A stretch of 64,000 nt of DNA. Source: an uncultured delta proteobacterium (GTDB lineage: Bacteria > Myxococcota > Myxococcia > Myxococcales > Myxococcaceae). Positions within the stretch are counted from its first letter, which is position 1. Every line of letters begins with the position of its first letter. The DNA lies in assembly GCA_963796055.1 (NCBI GenBank), contig CAWCKH010000004.1, positions 3,584,001 to 3,648,000 on the forward strand. Direction: 5' to 3'. This document shows, one piece after another, positions 45,378-55,832 of this stretch. The position numbers were made by a program, and so were the translations under genes. Below the pieces are notes generated by a model. That model was not told where the DNA came from. It ran no database searches and worked only from the letters and a program-made list of their open reading frames with translations.

Positions 45378-46144
45378 TGGCGGAGGCGACTGGCACGCCG
45401 GTGGTGGTGGTGACCGGGGCGAGCTCGGGCATCGGAGCCGCGCTGGCGCGGGAGCTGGCGGGCCGGCACGCCTCGCTGGTCCTCACCGCGCGTCGCGAGG
45501 AGCTGCTCCGGGAGATGGCCGCGACGCTGGGCACACCGGTGGAGGTCGTCCCCGGGGACGTGACTCGGCGCGTGGACGTGGAGCGAGTCCTGGCTCAGGC
45601 CGTCGCCCGCTTCGGCCAGGTGGACGTCTGGGTGAACAATGCCGGTCGCGGCATCACCCGCCCCTCGGTCGAGGCCATCACCGATCAGGACCTGGAGGCG
45701 ATGGTGCGGGACAACACCCGCTCGGCTCTCCACGGGATGCAGGTGGTGCTGCCGCACTTCAAGGCCCGGAAGCAGGGCGTACTGGTGAACGTCTCCTCGA
45801 TGCTGTCGCGAGTCCCGTTCGCGACGGTCCGGGCGGCGTACAGCGCCTCGAAGGCGGCGCTGAACTCGCTCACCGAGTCGCTCCGGTTCGAGCTGGCAAA
45901 CGACTTCCCCAGCATCCGGGTGGTGCTGGTGCTCCCGGGCGTGGTGGCGACGGACTTCGGGAACAACGCGCTCGGCGGTGGGCCGGACTCGCGCACCTTG
46001 CCCGGCGCGCAGTCCGTGGACGAGGTGGCGCGGATCATCGCCGACGGGCTCTTCGCCGGGCCCCTGGACCTCTACACCCGGCCCGAGGGGCCGGAGATGG
46101 TGCTCGCGCATCTGCGCGGGCTCGCAGGCGGGCGCGCTCGCTAG
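45377..46144 (+). CDS. Short-chain dehydrogenase/reductase
   Basis: TGASSGIG, NNAG, YSASK. Confidence 0.93.
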   Translation: MAEATGTPVVVVTGASSGIGAALARELAGRHASLVLTARREELLREMAATLGTPVEVVPGDVTRRVDVERVLAQAVARFGQVDVWVNNAGRGITRPSVEAITDQDLEAMVRDNTRSALHGMQVVLPHFKARKQGVLVNVSSMLSRVPFATVRAAYSASKAALNSLTESLRFELANDFPSIRVVLVLPGVVATDFGNNALGGGPDSRTLPGAQSVDEVARIIADGLFAGPLDLYTRPEGPEMVLAHLRGLAGGRAR

Positions 46145-46334
46145 GCCGGCGCAGGATTCTGCGTTCCCCCTCGTCCGTCGATGACGCTCTGCGGCGAGCG
46201 CTTCGGTCGGGCTCTCGCCACCCCGAGGCATGGAACCACCGAGCGCCGGCCCCTAGGATGCGCCCCCTGGTCGCGGGCCTCGGGTGATGGTCGCATCCCT
46301 CCTCGCGACCGGCAGGGACCAGGGAGGCCATGAG

Positions 46335-48281
46335 ATGCCGGCGCCGGACACCTTTCCGCGGCTGCTCCTCGAGCACGCACGTGAGCGCGGCGACCGCCCG
46401 GCGATCCGCGAGAAGGACCTCGGCATCTGGCAGACGTACTCCTGGAAACAGGCTCTGGAGCAGGTCCGGAGCCTTGCCTGCGGGCTCCACACCCTCGGGC
46501 TTGGCCGCGGTGAGACGGTGGCCATCGTCGGGGACAACCGCCCCCGGCTTTACTGGGCGATGGACGCGGCGCAGGCGCTGGGGGCGATCCCGGTTCCGCT
46601 CTACCAGGATGCGGTCGCCGAGGAGATGGCCTACGTCCTCACCAACGCCGACGTTCGCATCGCCATCGTCGAGGACCAGGAGCAGGTGGACAAGCTCCTG
46701 GAGGTGAAGGCCCGCTGCCCTCGGCTGGCGCTCATCATCTACGACGACCCGCGCGGTCTCCGGCACTACGACCGGTCGGTGCTCCGGGCGTACGAGGACG
46801 TCCAGGCCGCCGGCCGCGACCTGGAACGACTCGATCCGGACTTCTTCGACAGCGAGGTGGCGCGCGCGCAGCCGAGCGACGTGGCGATCATGCTCTACAC
46901 CTCGGGCACCACCGGGACCCCCAAGGGGGTGATGCTCACCCACGACAACCTGATCGTCACCGGCCGCGGCGGCATCCAGCGGGAACGGCTCACCGCGGAC
47001 GAGGAGGTGCTGGCCTACCTGCCGATGGCCTGGGTGGGAGACAACCTCTTCAGCTACTGCCAGGGCCACGTCGCCGGGTTCTGTGTGAGCTGCCCGGAGA
47101 GCCCGGACACCGTGCTCACCGACATGCGGGAGATCGGGCCGACGTACTTCTTCGCTCCGCCGCGCGTGCTGGAGAACCTCCTCACCACCGTGTCGATCCG
47201 GATGGAGGACGCCTCGCGGTTCAAGCGCTGGCTCTACCGCCGCTGCATGGAGGTTGCCCGCCGCTGGGGTCCGTCCATCCTCGACGGGAAACCGGTCCCG
47301 GCCGGAGCTCGACTGGGGTACGCGCTGGCCGATCTGCTGATCCTCGGTCCCTTGCGCAACGTGCTCGGGTTCAGCCGCATCCGGGTGGCCTACACCGCGG
47401 GCGAGGCGATCGGCCCCGATCTCTTCCGGTTCTACCGCTCGCTGGGCGTGAATCTGAAGCAGCTCTACGGGAGCACCGAGACCTCGGTCTTCGTCTGCAT
47501 CCAGCCCAACGGTCAGGTGAAGCTGGAGTCGGTCGGCACGCCGGCCACCGGCGTCGAGGTCCGCATCTCCGAGCAGGGCGAGGTCCAGGTCCGCAGCCCC
47601 GGGGTGTTCCGCGGCTACTTCAGGGCCGACGCCGCCACCGGCGAGTCCATGACCGCCGACGGCTACTTCCGGACCGGCGACGCGGGCTTCTTCGACGAGG
47701 ACGGCCACCTGCGCATCATCGACCGGGCGAAGGACGTGGGTCGGCTCCAGGACGGGACGCTCTTCGCCCCGAAGTATCTGGAGAACAAGCTGAAGTTCTT
47801 TCCCTTCATCAAGGAGGCGGTGGCCTTCGGAGATCGCCGTCAGTTCGCCGCTGCCTTCGTGTGCATCGATCTCGCGGCGGTGGGGAACTGGGCCGAGCGG
47901 CGGAACATGCCCTACACCGGCTACACCGACCTCGCCGGGCAGCGGCCGGTCCACGATCTGGTGCGCAGTTGCGTGGAGCGGGTGAACGCGGACCTGGCCG
48001 CCGATCCCCGGCTGCGGGGCTCGCAGATCCACCGCTTCCTGGTGCTGCACAAGGAGCTGGACGCCGACGACGGGGAGCTGACCCGCACCCGGAAGGTCCG
48101 CCGAGGCTTCATCGCCGAGAAGTACGCCGCGCTGGTGGAGGCGCTCTACTCGGGTGAGCCCTCCGTCCACGTGGAGACGCAGGTCCGCTTCGAGGACGGG
48201 CGGACCGGGCTGGTTCGCGCCGAGCTTCCGATCCTCGAGGCGCTCACCGTGGATCTGGAAGACGCGCGGAGGGCGGCCTGA
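46335..48281 (+). CDS. Long-chain-fatty-acid-CoA ligase (AMP-binding)
   Basis: YTSGTTGTPKG, YGSTE, TGDAG, IIDRAKD, ELTRTRK. Confidence 0.93.
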   Translation: MPAPDTFPRLLLEHARERGDRPAIREKDLGIWQTYSWKQALEQVRSLACGLHTLGLGRGETVAIVGDNRPRLYWAMDAAQALGAIPVPLYQDAVAEEMAYVLTNADVRIAIVEDQEQVDKLLEVKARCPRLALIIYDDPRGLRHYDRSVLRAYEDVQAAGRDLERLDPDFFDSEVARAQPSDVAIMLYTSGTTGTPKGVMLTHDNLIVTGRGGIQRERLTADEEVLAYLPMAWVGDNLFSYCQGHVAGFCVSCPESPDTVLTDMREIGPTYFFAPPRVLENLLTTVSIRMEDASRFKRWLYRRCMEVARRWGPSILDGKPVPAGARLGYALADLLILGPLRNVLGFSRIRVAYTAGEAIGPDLFRFYRSLGVNLKQLYGSTETSVFVCIQPNGQVKLESVGTPATGVEVRISEQGEVQVRSPGVFRGYFRADAATGESMTADGYFRTGDAGFFDEDGHLRIIDRAKDVGRLQDGTLFAPKYLENKLKFFPFIKEAVAFGDRRQFAAAFVCIDLAAVGNWAERRNMPYTGYTDLAGQRPVHDLVRSCVERVNADLAADPRLRGSQIHRFLVLHKELDADDGELTRTRKVRRGFIAEKYAALVEALYSGEPSVHVETQVRFEDGRTGLVRAELPILEALTVDLEDARRAA

Positions 48282-49099
48282 TGCCGGGGAAGGTGCCAGG
48301 CCCGGTGCTGCTCGAGGTCCGCGGGGTCTCGCTGAGCTTCGGCGGGGTTCACGCGCTTCGCGACGTGGACTTCCATATCCACGAGCGGGAGGTCTGCGCG
48401 ATCATCGGTCCCAACGGGGCGGGGAAGTCGTCCTTGCTCAACGTGATCAACGGGGTCTACTCCCCGGACCGGGGGACCATCACCTACGGCGGTGAGACCC
48501 GGCGGACCATGCGCCCGCACCGCGCCGCCGAGCAGGGGATCGCCCGGACCTTCCAGAACATCGCCCTGTTCAAGGGGATGTCGGTCCTGGAGAACGTGAT
48601 GGCCGGCCGGACGTTGAAGATGAGCCGCGGGCTGCTGTGGCAGGCGCTCTACTGGGGTCCGGCGGAGCGCGAGGAGCTGGAGCACCGGGCGAAGGTCGAG
48701 CAGATCATCGACTTCCTGCAGATCGAGCACGTGCGAAAGACGCCAGTGGGCCGGCTCCCCTACGGGCTGCAGAAGCGGGTGGAGCTGGCCCGGGCCCTGG
48801 CCGCGGAGCCCAAGCTGCTGCTCCTCGACGAGCCGATGGCGGGAATGAACATCGAGGAGAAGCAGGACATGTGCCGCTTCATCCTCGACGCCAACGACGA
48901 GCTGGGCGTGGCGGTGGCGCTGATCGAGCACGACATGGCGGTGGTGATGGACATCGCCGACCGGGTGGTGGTCCTCGACTACGGGCGGAAGATCGCCGAC
49001 GGACCGCCGGCGGAGGTGCGGGCGAGCCCGGAGGTGATTGCCGCCTACCTGGGCGTCCCCACCGAGGCCGACGAGCGCGCGCTGAAGGAGGCGAGCTGA
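48281..49099 (+). CDS. ABC transporter ATP-binding protein (LivG-like)
   Basis: GPNGAGKS, LPYGLQKR, LLLDEPMAG. Confidence 0.92.
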   Translation: MPGKVPGPVLLEVRGVSLSFGGVHALRDVDFHIHEREVCAIIGPNGAGKSSLLNVINGVYSPDRGTITYGGETRRTMRPHRAAEQGIARTFQNIALFKGMSVLENVMAGRTLKMSRGLLWQALYWGPAEREELEHRAKVEQIIDFLQIEHVRKTPVGRLPYGLQKRVELARALAAEPKLLLLDEPMAGMNIEEKQDMCRFILDANDELGVAVALIEHDMAVVMDIADRVVVLDYGRKIADGPPAEVRASPEVIAAYLGVPTEADERALKEAS

Positions 49100-49980
49100 T
49101 GGCCTTCTTCGTCGAGGTGCTGGTCGCCGGCCTCCTCGCCGGGGTGATGTACTCGCTCGTCGCGCTGGGCTTCGTCCTCATCTTCAAGGCCAGCGGGGTG
49201 TTCAACTTCGCGCAGGGAGCGATGGTGCTGGCCGCCGCCACCACCTACGCCGGTCTGGTGGACATGGGCTGGAGCGGGTGGACGGCGTTCCTGGCCTCCC
49301 TGGCGGTGATGGTGGTCTTCGCCCTGCTGACCGAGCGGCTCGTGCTCCGGCCGCTGGTGAACCAGCCGCAGATCAGCCTCTTCATGGCCACCATCGGCCT
49401 CACGTTCGTGCTGGAAGGCGTCTCGCAGGCGGTGTGGGGGAGCGTGGTGCGCGGGCTGGACCTGGGCATCCCCGACACCCCGCTGGAGGTGAAGGGGGTC
49501 CTGATCTCCAAGTTCGACCTGGTGGCCTCGGCGACGGCGGGAGCGCTGGTGCTGCTCCTGGCCTTCTTCTTCCAGTGGACCCGGGTCGGCCGGGCGCTGC
49601 GGGCGGTGGCCGACGACCACCAGGCGGCGCTCAGCGTAGGGATCCCACTGGAGCGAATCTGGGCCCTGGTCTGGGCGGCGGCGGGCGCGGTGGCCCTGGT
49701 GACCGGGCTCCTCTGGGGCAGCAGGCTCGGGGTCCAGTTCGCGCTGACCCAGGTCGCACTCAAGGCATTGCCGGTCATCATCCTCGGCGGGTTCACCTCG
49801 ATCGCGGGGGCGATCGTGGGGGGCCTGATCGTGGGAGCCTCGGAGAAGGTGGCCGAGGTGTACCTGGGGTCGCTGATCGGCGGTGGAATCGAGAACTGGT
49901 TCCCCTACGTGCTGGCGCTGCTCTTCCTCCTGGTGCGGCCGGACGGGCTGTTCGGCGAGAAGCGGATCGAGCGGGTGTGA
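49099..49980 (+). CDS. ABC transporter permease (LivH-like)
   Basis: GFVLIFKASGVFNFAQG, ILGGFTS, RPDGLFG; TGATG coupling. Confidence 0.92.
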   Translation: MAFFVEVLVAGLLAGVMYSLVALGFVLIFKASGVFNFAQGAMVLAAATTYAGLVDMGWSGWTAFLASLAVMVVFALLTERLVLRPLVNQPQISLFMATIGLTFVLEGVSQAVWGSVVRGLDLGIPDTPLEVKGVLISKFDLVASATAGALVLLLAFFFQWTRVGRALRAVADDHQAALSVGIPLERIWALVWAAAGAVALVTGLLWGSRLGVQFALTQVALKALPVIILGGFTSIAGAIVGGLIVGASEKVAEVYLGSLIGGGIENWFPYVLALLFLLVRPDGLFGEKRIERV

Positions 49981-49981
49981 C

Positions 49982-51049
49982 GTGATCTACCGGGAAGCGG
50001 GACAGTTCCGGACGACGTACGCCGCCGACCAGCGGATCTTCCCCATCTCCCAGGATCGGGTGGGGATGGTCCTGCTCCTCGGCGCAGCCTTCGTGCTGGT
50101 GCCGCTGCTCGCCTCGGAGTACGCGCTCACCGCGCTGCTGATCCCGATGCTGGTGCTGGCCGTGGCCGCGCTGGGGCTGAACATCCTCACCGGCTACGCC
50201 GGGCAGTTCAGCCTCGGGACGGCTGCCTTCATGTCGGTGGGGGCGTTTGCCGCCTACAACTTGCAACTGCGGTTGCCCTGGCTGCCCTTGCTGGTGATCT
50301 TCGTCCTCGCCGGGCTGATCGCCGCGGCGGTTGGCATGGTCTTCGGGCTGCCCTCGCTGCGGATCAAGGGCTTCTACCTGGCGGTGGCGACGCTGGCCGC
50401 CCAGTTCTTCGTGGACTGGCTCTTCACCAAGGTGGGCTGGTTCAGCAACTACTCCAGCTCCGGGGTGATCACCGCGCAGCCGATGGTCATCGCCGGGGTG
50501 CCGATCGAGACCCCGGTGCGGCGCTACCTCCTGGTGCTCTCCATCGTCAGTCTGCTGGCGCTGGTGGCGAAGAACTTCTCCCGGACCCGGACCGGCCGCT
50601 CGTGGATGGCGGTGCGGGACATGGACGTCGCCGCGGAGGTCATCGGCATCCCCATCCTCCGCACCAAGCTGCTGGCCTTCGGGGTGAGCTCATTCTACTG
50701 CGGGGTGTCCGGCGCGCTCTGGGCCTTCGCCTATCTGGGCACGGTGGAGCCGCAGGCATTCGACCTGCAGCGGTCGTTCCAGATTCTCTTCATGGTTATC
50801 ATCGGGGGGCTGGGGACGGTGATGGGGGCGTTCCTCGGCGCGGCGTTCATCGTCCTGTTCCCCTTGTTCCTGAACTGGGTGTTTCACGCGGTGGTGCGTG
50901 GCGAGGTGCGAGCTGGGCTGCTCAGCCAGCTGGAGCTGGTGTGTTTCGGAGCGCTGATCATCGTCTTTCTGATCGTCGAGCCGCGCGGATTCGCCCGGCT
51001 CTGGCAGATCGGCAAGGAGAAGCTCCGGTTGTGGCCGTTTCCTCATTGA
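49982..51049 (+). CDS. ABC transporter permease (LivM-like)
   Basis: GLNILTGYAGQFSLG, YLAVATLA, AVRDMD, LWPF. Confidence 0.92.
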   Translation: MIYREAGQFRTTYAADQRIFPISQDRVGMVLLLGAAFVLVPLLASEYALTALLIPMLVLAVAALGLNILTGYAGQFSLGTAAFMSVGAFAAYNLQLRLPWLPLLVIFVLAGLIAAAVGMVFGLPSLRIKGFYLAVATLAAQFFVDWLFTKVGWFSNYSSSGVITAQPMVIAGVPIETPVRRYLLVLSIVSLLALVAKNFSRTRTGRSWMAVRDMDVAAEVIGIPILRTKLLAFGVSSFYCGVSGALWAFAYLGTVEPQAFDLQRSFQILFMVIIGGLGTVMGAFLGAAFIVLFPLFLNWVFHAVVRGEVRAGLLSQLELVCFGALIIVFLIVEPRGFARLWQIGKEKLRLWPFPH

Positions 51050-51063
51050 ACCTGGAGGCAGAT

Positions 51064-52395
51064 ATGCGGACGAAGAGACGAGGATGGTGGCTGGGGGCGG
51101 TAGCGGCCCTCGGAGTGGTGTGGGCGGGTCCGGCGCGTGCCGACGGCGAGCAGTTCATGCCCGTGCCGAGCTACCGGGTGGGGCCCTACGCCGCGGGCGG
51201 CACGAGCCTGTACGGCGGGTTCATCGACTACATGAACCTGATCAACATGCGCGACGGGGGGATCAACGGGGTCAAGCTGACCTGGGAGGAGTGCGAGACC
51301 GAGTACAAACCCGACCGCGGCGTGGAGTGCTACGAGCGACTGAAGGCCAAGGGCCCCACCGGCGCGTCGATGTTCCACTTCTACAGCACCGGAATCACTT
51401 ACGCGCTGATCGCCAAGGCCACCCAGGACAAGATTCCCCTGGTCACCATTGCCCACGGCCGGACCGATGCTGCGGACGGCCGGTACTTCCCCTACGTGTT
51501 CCCGATGATCACCCACTACTGGAGCGCGAACACGGACATCATCCGGTACATCGGCCAGCGCGAGGGGGGAATGGCGAAGCTGAAGGGAAAGAAGATCGTT
51601 CACCTCCACCACGGGAGCGCCTACGGGAAGGAGCCCAACGTCATCTTCCAGAAGCAGGCGGAGAAGTATGGCTTCGAGGCGAAGATCATCGAGGTGCCGG
51701 CTCCAGGGAGCGAGCAGCAGGCGCAGTGGCTGGAGATCCGGCAGTTCAAGCCGGACTGGGTGATCGTCACCGGGTGGGGAGTGATGAACCCGGCGATGCT
51801 GAAGAACGCGGCTCGGGTCGGATTCCCCATGGACCACATCATCGGGAACTTCTGGACCGGCTCGGAGGAGGACGTGGAGCCGGTGGGAACGGCGGCCAAG
51901 GGCTACATCAGCGCGGCGATCAACCCGCCGGGCAAGGAGTTCAAGGTCATCCAGGAGATCGAGCGGGTGGTCTACGCCGCGGGGAAGGGCAACATGGTCG
52001 ACAAGCACCGCGTGGGGAGCATCTATTACAACCGTGGGGTGCTCACCGGCATCGTCTCGGTGGAGGCGATCCGGGTGGCGCAGGGCAAGTTCGGCAAGAA
52101 GCCGCTAACCGGTGAGCAGATCCGCTGGGGGCTGGAGAACTTGAACCTCGACGCCGCGCGCATCGCCGCCCTGGGAGCGACCAACTTCATCCAGCCGCTG
52201 AAGATGTCCTGCGCCGATCACGAAGGCGGCGGCGCGGTGAAATTCCAGCAGTGGGACGGGACGAAGTGGAAGATCATCAGCGACTGGATCCAGGCGGACA
52301 AGGCGCTGGTGCGGCCGCTGATCGAGGAGAGCGCGTCGAAGTACGCCAAGGAGAACAACATCAAGGAGCGCGACTGCGCGAAGGAAAGCACCTAG
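51064..52395 (+). CDS. ABC transporter substrate-binding protein (PBP1 type)
   Basis: Signal peptide, YRVGPYA, RDGGING, ECETEY, CADHEG. Confidence 0.92.
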   Translation: MRTKRRGWWLGAVAALGVVWAGPARADGEQFMPVPSYRVGPYAAGGTSLYGGFIDYMNLINMRDGGINGVKLTWEECETEYKPDRGVECYERLKAKGPTGASMFHFYSTGITYALIAKATQDKIPLVTIAHGRTDAADGRYFPYVFPMITHYWSANTDIIRYIGQREGGMAKLKGKKIVHLHHGSAYGKEPNVIFQKQAEKYGFEAKIIEVPAPGSEQQAQWLEIRQFKPDWVIVTGWGVMNPAMLKNAARVGFPMDHIIGNFWTGSEEDVEPVGTAAKGYISAAINPPGKEFKVIQEIERVVYAAGKGNMVDKHRVGSIYYNRGVLTGIVSVEAIRVAQGKFGKKPLTGEQIRWGLENLNLDAARIAALGATNFIQPLKMSCADHEGGGAVKFQQWDGTKWKIISDWIQADKALVRPLIEESASKYAKENNIKERDCAKEST

Positions 52396-52404
52396 GCAGG
52401 GCGC

Positions 52405-53232
52405 ATGACCGCCGTCGCGCCCGCCTCACCCGGGCCGTTGCTCGCGGTGAACAACATCGAGGTGGTGTACGATCACGTGATCCTGGTGCTCCGGGGCGTC
52501 TCACTGGAGCTGCCGAAGGGACAGATCGTCGCCCTGCTCGGCGCGAACGGGGCGGGGAAGACCACCACGTTGAAGGCGGTGAGCAATCTGCTCGGCGCCG
52601 AGCGGGGAGCGGTGACCAAGGGGAGCATCCTCTTTGACCGCGTCCGGGTGGATTGCCTCACCCCCTCCGAGTTGGTGAGGCGGGGGGTGATCCAGGTCAT
52701 GGAGGGCCGGCACTGCTTCGGTCACCTGACCATCGAGGAGAACCTCCTCACCGGCGCGTACACCCGGGGCGCTCGCCGGCGGGAGATCCGCGAGGATCTG
52801 GAGAAGGTCTACGCCTACTTCCCGAGGTTGCGGGATCGGCGCAAGGCGATGGCCGGCTTCACCTCGGGCGGCGAGCAGCAGATGACCGCGGTGGGGAGGG
52901 CGCTGATGGCGCGTCCGACCCTGATCCTTCTCGACGAGCCGTCGATGGGGCTGGCGCCGCAGGTGGTGGAGGAGATCCTGAGCATCGTCCGCTCGCTCAA
53001 TCAGACCGAGGGGGTGAGCTTCCTCCTCGCGGAGCAGAATGCCGCCGCCGCGCTGCGCTTCGCGGACCACGGGTACATCCTCGAGGCCGGGCGGGTGGTG
53101 ATGGACGGGGACGCCGCGACCCTGGCGGGCAACGCCGACGTGAAGGAGTTCTACCTGGGGCTTGGCGGGGCAGGGCGGAAGAACTTCCGGGACGCCAAGC
53201 ACTACCGTCGGCGCAAGCGCTGGCTGGCCTGA
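52405..53232 (+). CDS. ABC transporter ATP-binding protein (LivF-like)
   Basis: GANGAGKTT, TSGGEQQ, LLDEPSMGL, YRRRKRW tail. Confidence 0.92.
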   Translation: MTAVAPASPGPLLAVNNIEVVYDHVILVLRGVSLELPKGQIVALLGANGAGKTTTLKAVSNLLGAERGAVTKGSILFDRVRVDCLTPSELVRRGVIQVMEGRHCFGHLTIEENLLTGAYTRGARRREIREDLEKVYAYFPRLRDRRKAMAGFTSGGEQQMTAVGRALMARPTLILLDEPSMGLAPQVVEEILSIVRSLNQTEGVSFLLAEQNAAAALRFADHGYILEAGRVVMDGDAATLAGNADVKEFYLGLGGAGRKNFRDAKHYRRRKRWLA

Positions 53233-53247
53233 GGAGGAGGGCGCGAG

Positions 53248-54483
53248 ATGGAGGCCGAGGATCCGAGCGAGCGGCGAGACCCGGAGGAGCGCGAGCGCGC
53301 CCTGATGAAGGTGCTGCCCCGGGTGGTCACCCATGCCTTCGAGCGGGCCCCCACCTACCGGCGGCGGGATCCGACCGTGGTCCCCGAGGAGGTCACCGAC
53401 CGAGCGGCGCTGGCCAGGCTGCGGCTGGTGCGGAAGTCCGAGCTGGCGGAGATACAGCGCGGCGATCCACCCTTCGGGGGTCTGTCCACGATCCCGGCGC
53501 CGCAGGCCGCGAAGCTCTTCTCCTCCCCGGGGCCGGTGTTCGAGCTCGAGCCCCGGAGCGAGGACCCGTGGCGGGCGGCGCGGGCGCTGCGTGCCGCCGG
53601 GTTCCGTGCCGGCGACGTGGTGCACAACAGCTTCTCGTACCACCTCACCCCCGCGGGCTCGATGGTGGAGACCGGGGCGCACGCGCTGGGTTGCGCGGTG
53701 ATCCCGGCGGGGACCGCGCCCACCGAGGCGCAGGCGCTGGCTGCCGCGCAGTTCCGCGCCACGGCATACGGGGGGACTCCGTCGTTTCTGAAAGTCTTGC
53801 TCGACAAGGCGGCGGAGCTGAAGCTGGATCTCTCCTCGCTCACCCGGGCATCGGTCACCGCCGAGGCGCTCCCGGCAACGCTGCGGGCGTCGCTGGCCGA
53901 ACGGGGAGTGCGGGTCCTCCAGTGGTACGGGACGGCGGATGCAGGACTGATCGCCTACGAGACCCCGGCGATGGAAGGGTTGGTGGTCGACGAGGACGTC
54001 ATCGTGGAGATCGTCCGCCCTGGGACTGGGGACCCGGTCCCACAAGGCGAGGTGGGGGAGGTGGTGGTGACCGTTCTCTCGGCCGACCACCCGCTGCTGC
54101 GCTTCGCCACGGGAGACCTCTCGGCGATCCTCCCCGGCCAGAGCCCGTGCGGGCGGACCAACGTGCGAATCCGCGGGTGGATGGGGCGGGCGGACCAGTC
54201 GACGAAGGTGCGGGGCCTGTTCGTCCATCCGAGCCACCTGGCGGAGCTGGTGCGCCGGTACCCGGTGGTCCGTCGCGCCCGGCTGGTGGTCACCCGGCCG
54301 GGAGACCTGGACGTGATGACGCTGCGCGCGGAGGTGGCGCCCGAGGACCGGTCCCGGCTGGCCGAGGCGCTGTCGGCGACGATGCGCGAGCTGACCCAGC
54401 TCCGGGGCGAAGTGGAGCTGGTGGAGGCCTACTCGCTGCCGAACGACGGAAAGGTGATCGACGATCAGCGGCCGGTAGGCTGA
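53248..54483 (+). CDS. Phenylacetate-CoA ligase family protein (PaaK-like)
   Basis: SPGP, YHLTPAG, GTPSFL, YGTAD, RFATGDLS, LPNDGKVI. Confidence 0.88.
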   Translation: MEAEDPSERRDPEERERALMKVLPRVVTHAFERAPTYRRRDPTVVPEEVTDRAALARLRLVRKSELAEIQRGDPPFGGLSTIPAPQAAKLFSSPGPVFELEPRSEDPWRAARALRAAGFRAGDVVHNSFSYHLTPAGSMVETGAHALGCAVIPAGTAPTEAQALAAAQFRATAYGGTPSFLKVLLDKAAELKLDLSSLTRASVTAEALPATLRASLAERGVRVLQWYGTADAGLIAYETPAMEGLVVDEDVIVEIVRPGTGDPVPQGEVGEVVVTVLSADHPLLRFATGDLSAILPGQSPCGRTNVRIRGWMGRADQSTKVRGLFVHPSHLAELVRRYPVVRRARLVVTRPGDLDVMTLRAEVAPEDRSRLAEALSATMRELTQLRGEVELVEAYSLPNDGKVIDDQRPVG

Positions 54484-54541
54484 GCGAGCTGGTGGGGGGT
54501 GAACACGCTTCAGGAGCCGTCTGCGTCGCCTCTCATTCGCC

Positions 54542-54570
54542 TTGACGGATCACCAGTCCGCCGCTACAAG
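54542..54570 (+). promoter_or_regulatory. Putative sigma70 promoter of tRNA
   Basis: TTGACG-17-TACAAG, 15 nt upstream of the tRNA. Confidence 0.6.
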
Positions 54571-54585
54571 CACCCCCCACATCGC

Positions 54586-54660
<75 letters not shown>

Positions 54661-54661
54661 T

Positions 54662-54716
54662 CCGAAAAACCTAAGCCCTGCAGCTACTTAGGCTGCGGGG
54701 CTTTTGTGTTTTTCGG
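54662..54716 (+). terminator. Hairpin terminator after tRNA, overlapping integrase 3' end
   Basis: CCGAAAAAC..AAGCCCTGCAGC-loop-GCTGCGGGGCTT..GTTTTTCGG with T-rich tail. Confidence 0.7.
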
Positions 54717-55790
54717 TTCACTCACAGCAACCGTGTCCAAAACGCGTCCATGCTTTTCGAGCGTCCGGGCGGCGATTCGCAGGTCGCTCTCGTCGACGAC
54801 GTTGTAGCGGTCGAAGACCGCGCGGGTGCGGTGTCCCGACATGCGCATCACGACGGATTCGGGGATGCCGGCCTTGCGCGCGCGGGTGACAAAGCTTCGG
54901 CGGAGGTCGTGGAACCAGAGTCCGTGAAGCCCTGAATTGCGCACCGCGCGCCGGAACGGTCGCCGGAGGTCCTCCCAGGGCCTTCCCGTCTTGGGATTGG
55001 GGAGGACCGGAGCGGCGCCGATGCCGCGGGGAAGCCCCTTCAGCGCTCCCGCGAGCCGTGCGGTGAGCATCACCAGCCTCGGCGCCTCGGACTTCGTGTC
55101 CTGGGGGGCCAGGGTGATGGTGCCGCTGCGTAGGTCCACCTGCTCCCAGCGGAGGTCGAGGACCTCGCGCTTGCGCATGCCAGTGTCGAACGCCATCAGG
55201 AGGATGGGGCGGAGCGGCTCCTCACTCGCTTCGAAGAGCCGGCCGAACATCTCCTCGTCGACCACCATCCGCCGGACGTTGGGCTTTCGGAGAAGCCGCG
55301 CCTCGGCAATGGGGTTGTGGCGGAGGGTGCCAAGCCGGACCGCGTGGTTCAGCACGCGCTTGAGCAGCTCGACCTCCCGGTCCAGCGTGGCCGGACTCGG
55401 TGGCCCACCCCGCTGGGTCTTCTCCGTTGACCGTCCGACCCGGTACTCCTCGACGTGACGGACGGTGAGTGCGCTGGCGCGCACCTGGCCGAGGTGACGG
55501 CGCAGGTGCGCGGCCCGCCCGGACTCGGTAGACCAGGCGCGATTCTCCTGCGCACCGAGCTTCTCGTACTGGGCCAACAGCTCGGCCGTGGTCTCGGTCG
55601 CCATCCGGTGTCGTTCGAAGAACTGGCCCTCGAAGGCATCGGTCTTGAGCTTGGCTTCCAGTGCCACGGCCTGCTCCCGGGTGGGAATCTTCGACTGCCG
55701 CAGTCGGATGGGTGGCCCGTCTGGACGCACGAGCCACGCATCCACCTTCCAGAGTGTCCTTCCGTACGACTGGTACTTCCTGACGCCCAT
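54684..55790 (-). CDS. Tyrosine recombinase / phage-type integrase
   Basis: TGMRKRE (R), DTKS (K), FHDLRR (HxxR), MSGHRT (H), DRYN (Y). Confidence 0.96.
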   Translation of the reverse strand: MGVRKYQSYGRTLWKVDAWLVRPDGPPIRLRQSKIPTREQAVALEAKLKTDAFEGQFFERHRMATETTAELLAQYEKLGAQENRAWSTESGRAAHLRRHLGQVRASALTVRHVEEYRVGRSTEKTQRGGPPSPATLDREVELLKRVLNHAVRLGTLRHNPIAEARLLRKPNVRRMVVDEEMFGRLFEASEEPLRPILLMAFDTGMRKREVLDLRWEQVDLRSGTITLAPQDTKSEAPRLVMLTARLAGALKGLPRGIGAAPVLPNPKTGRPWEDLRRPFRRAVRNSGLHGLWFHDLRRSFVTRARKAGIPESVVMRMSGHRTRAVFDRYNVVDESDLRIAARTLEKHGRVLDTVAVSEPKNTKAPQPK

Positions 55791-55832
55791 TCGTTTTCTC
55801 CTGGGCAGACGGGCGTCGCGGCCGGGAGGGTA

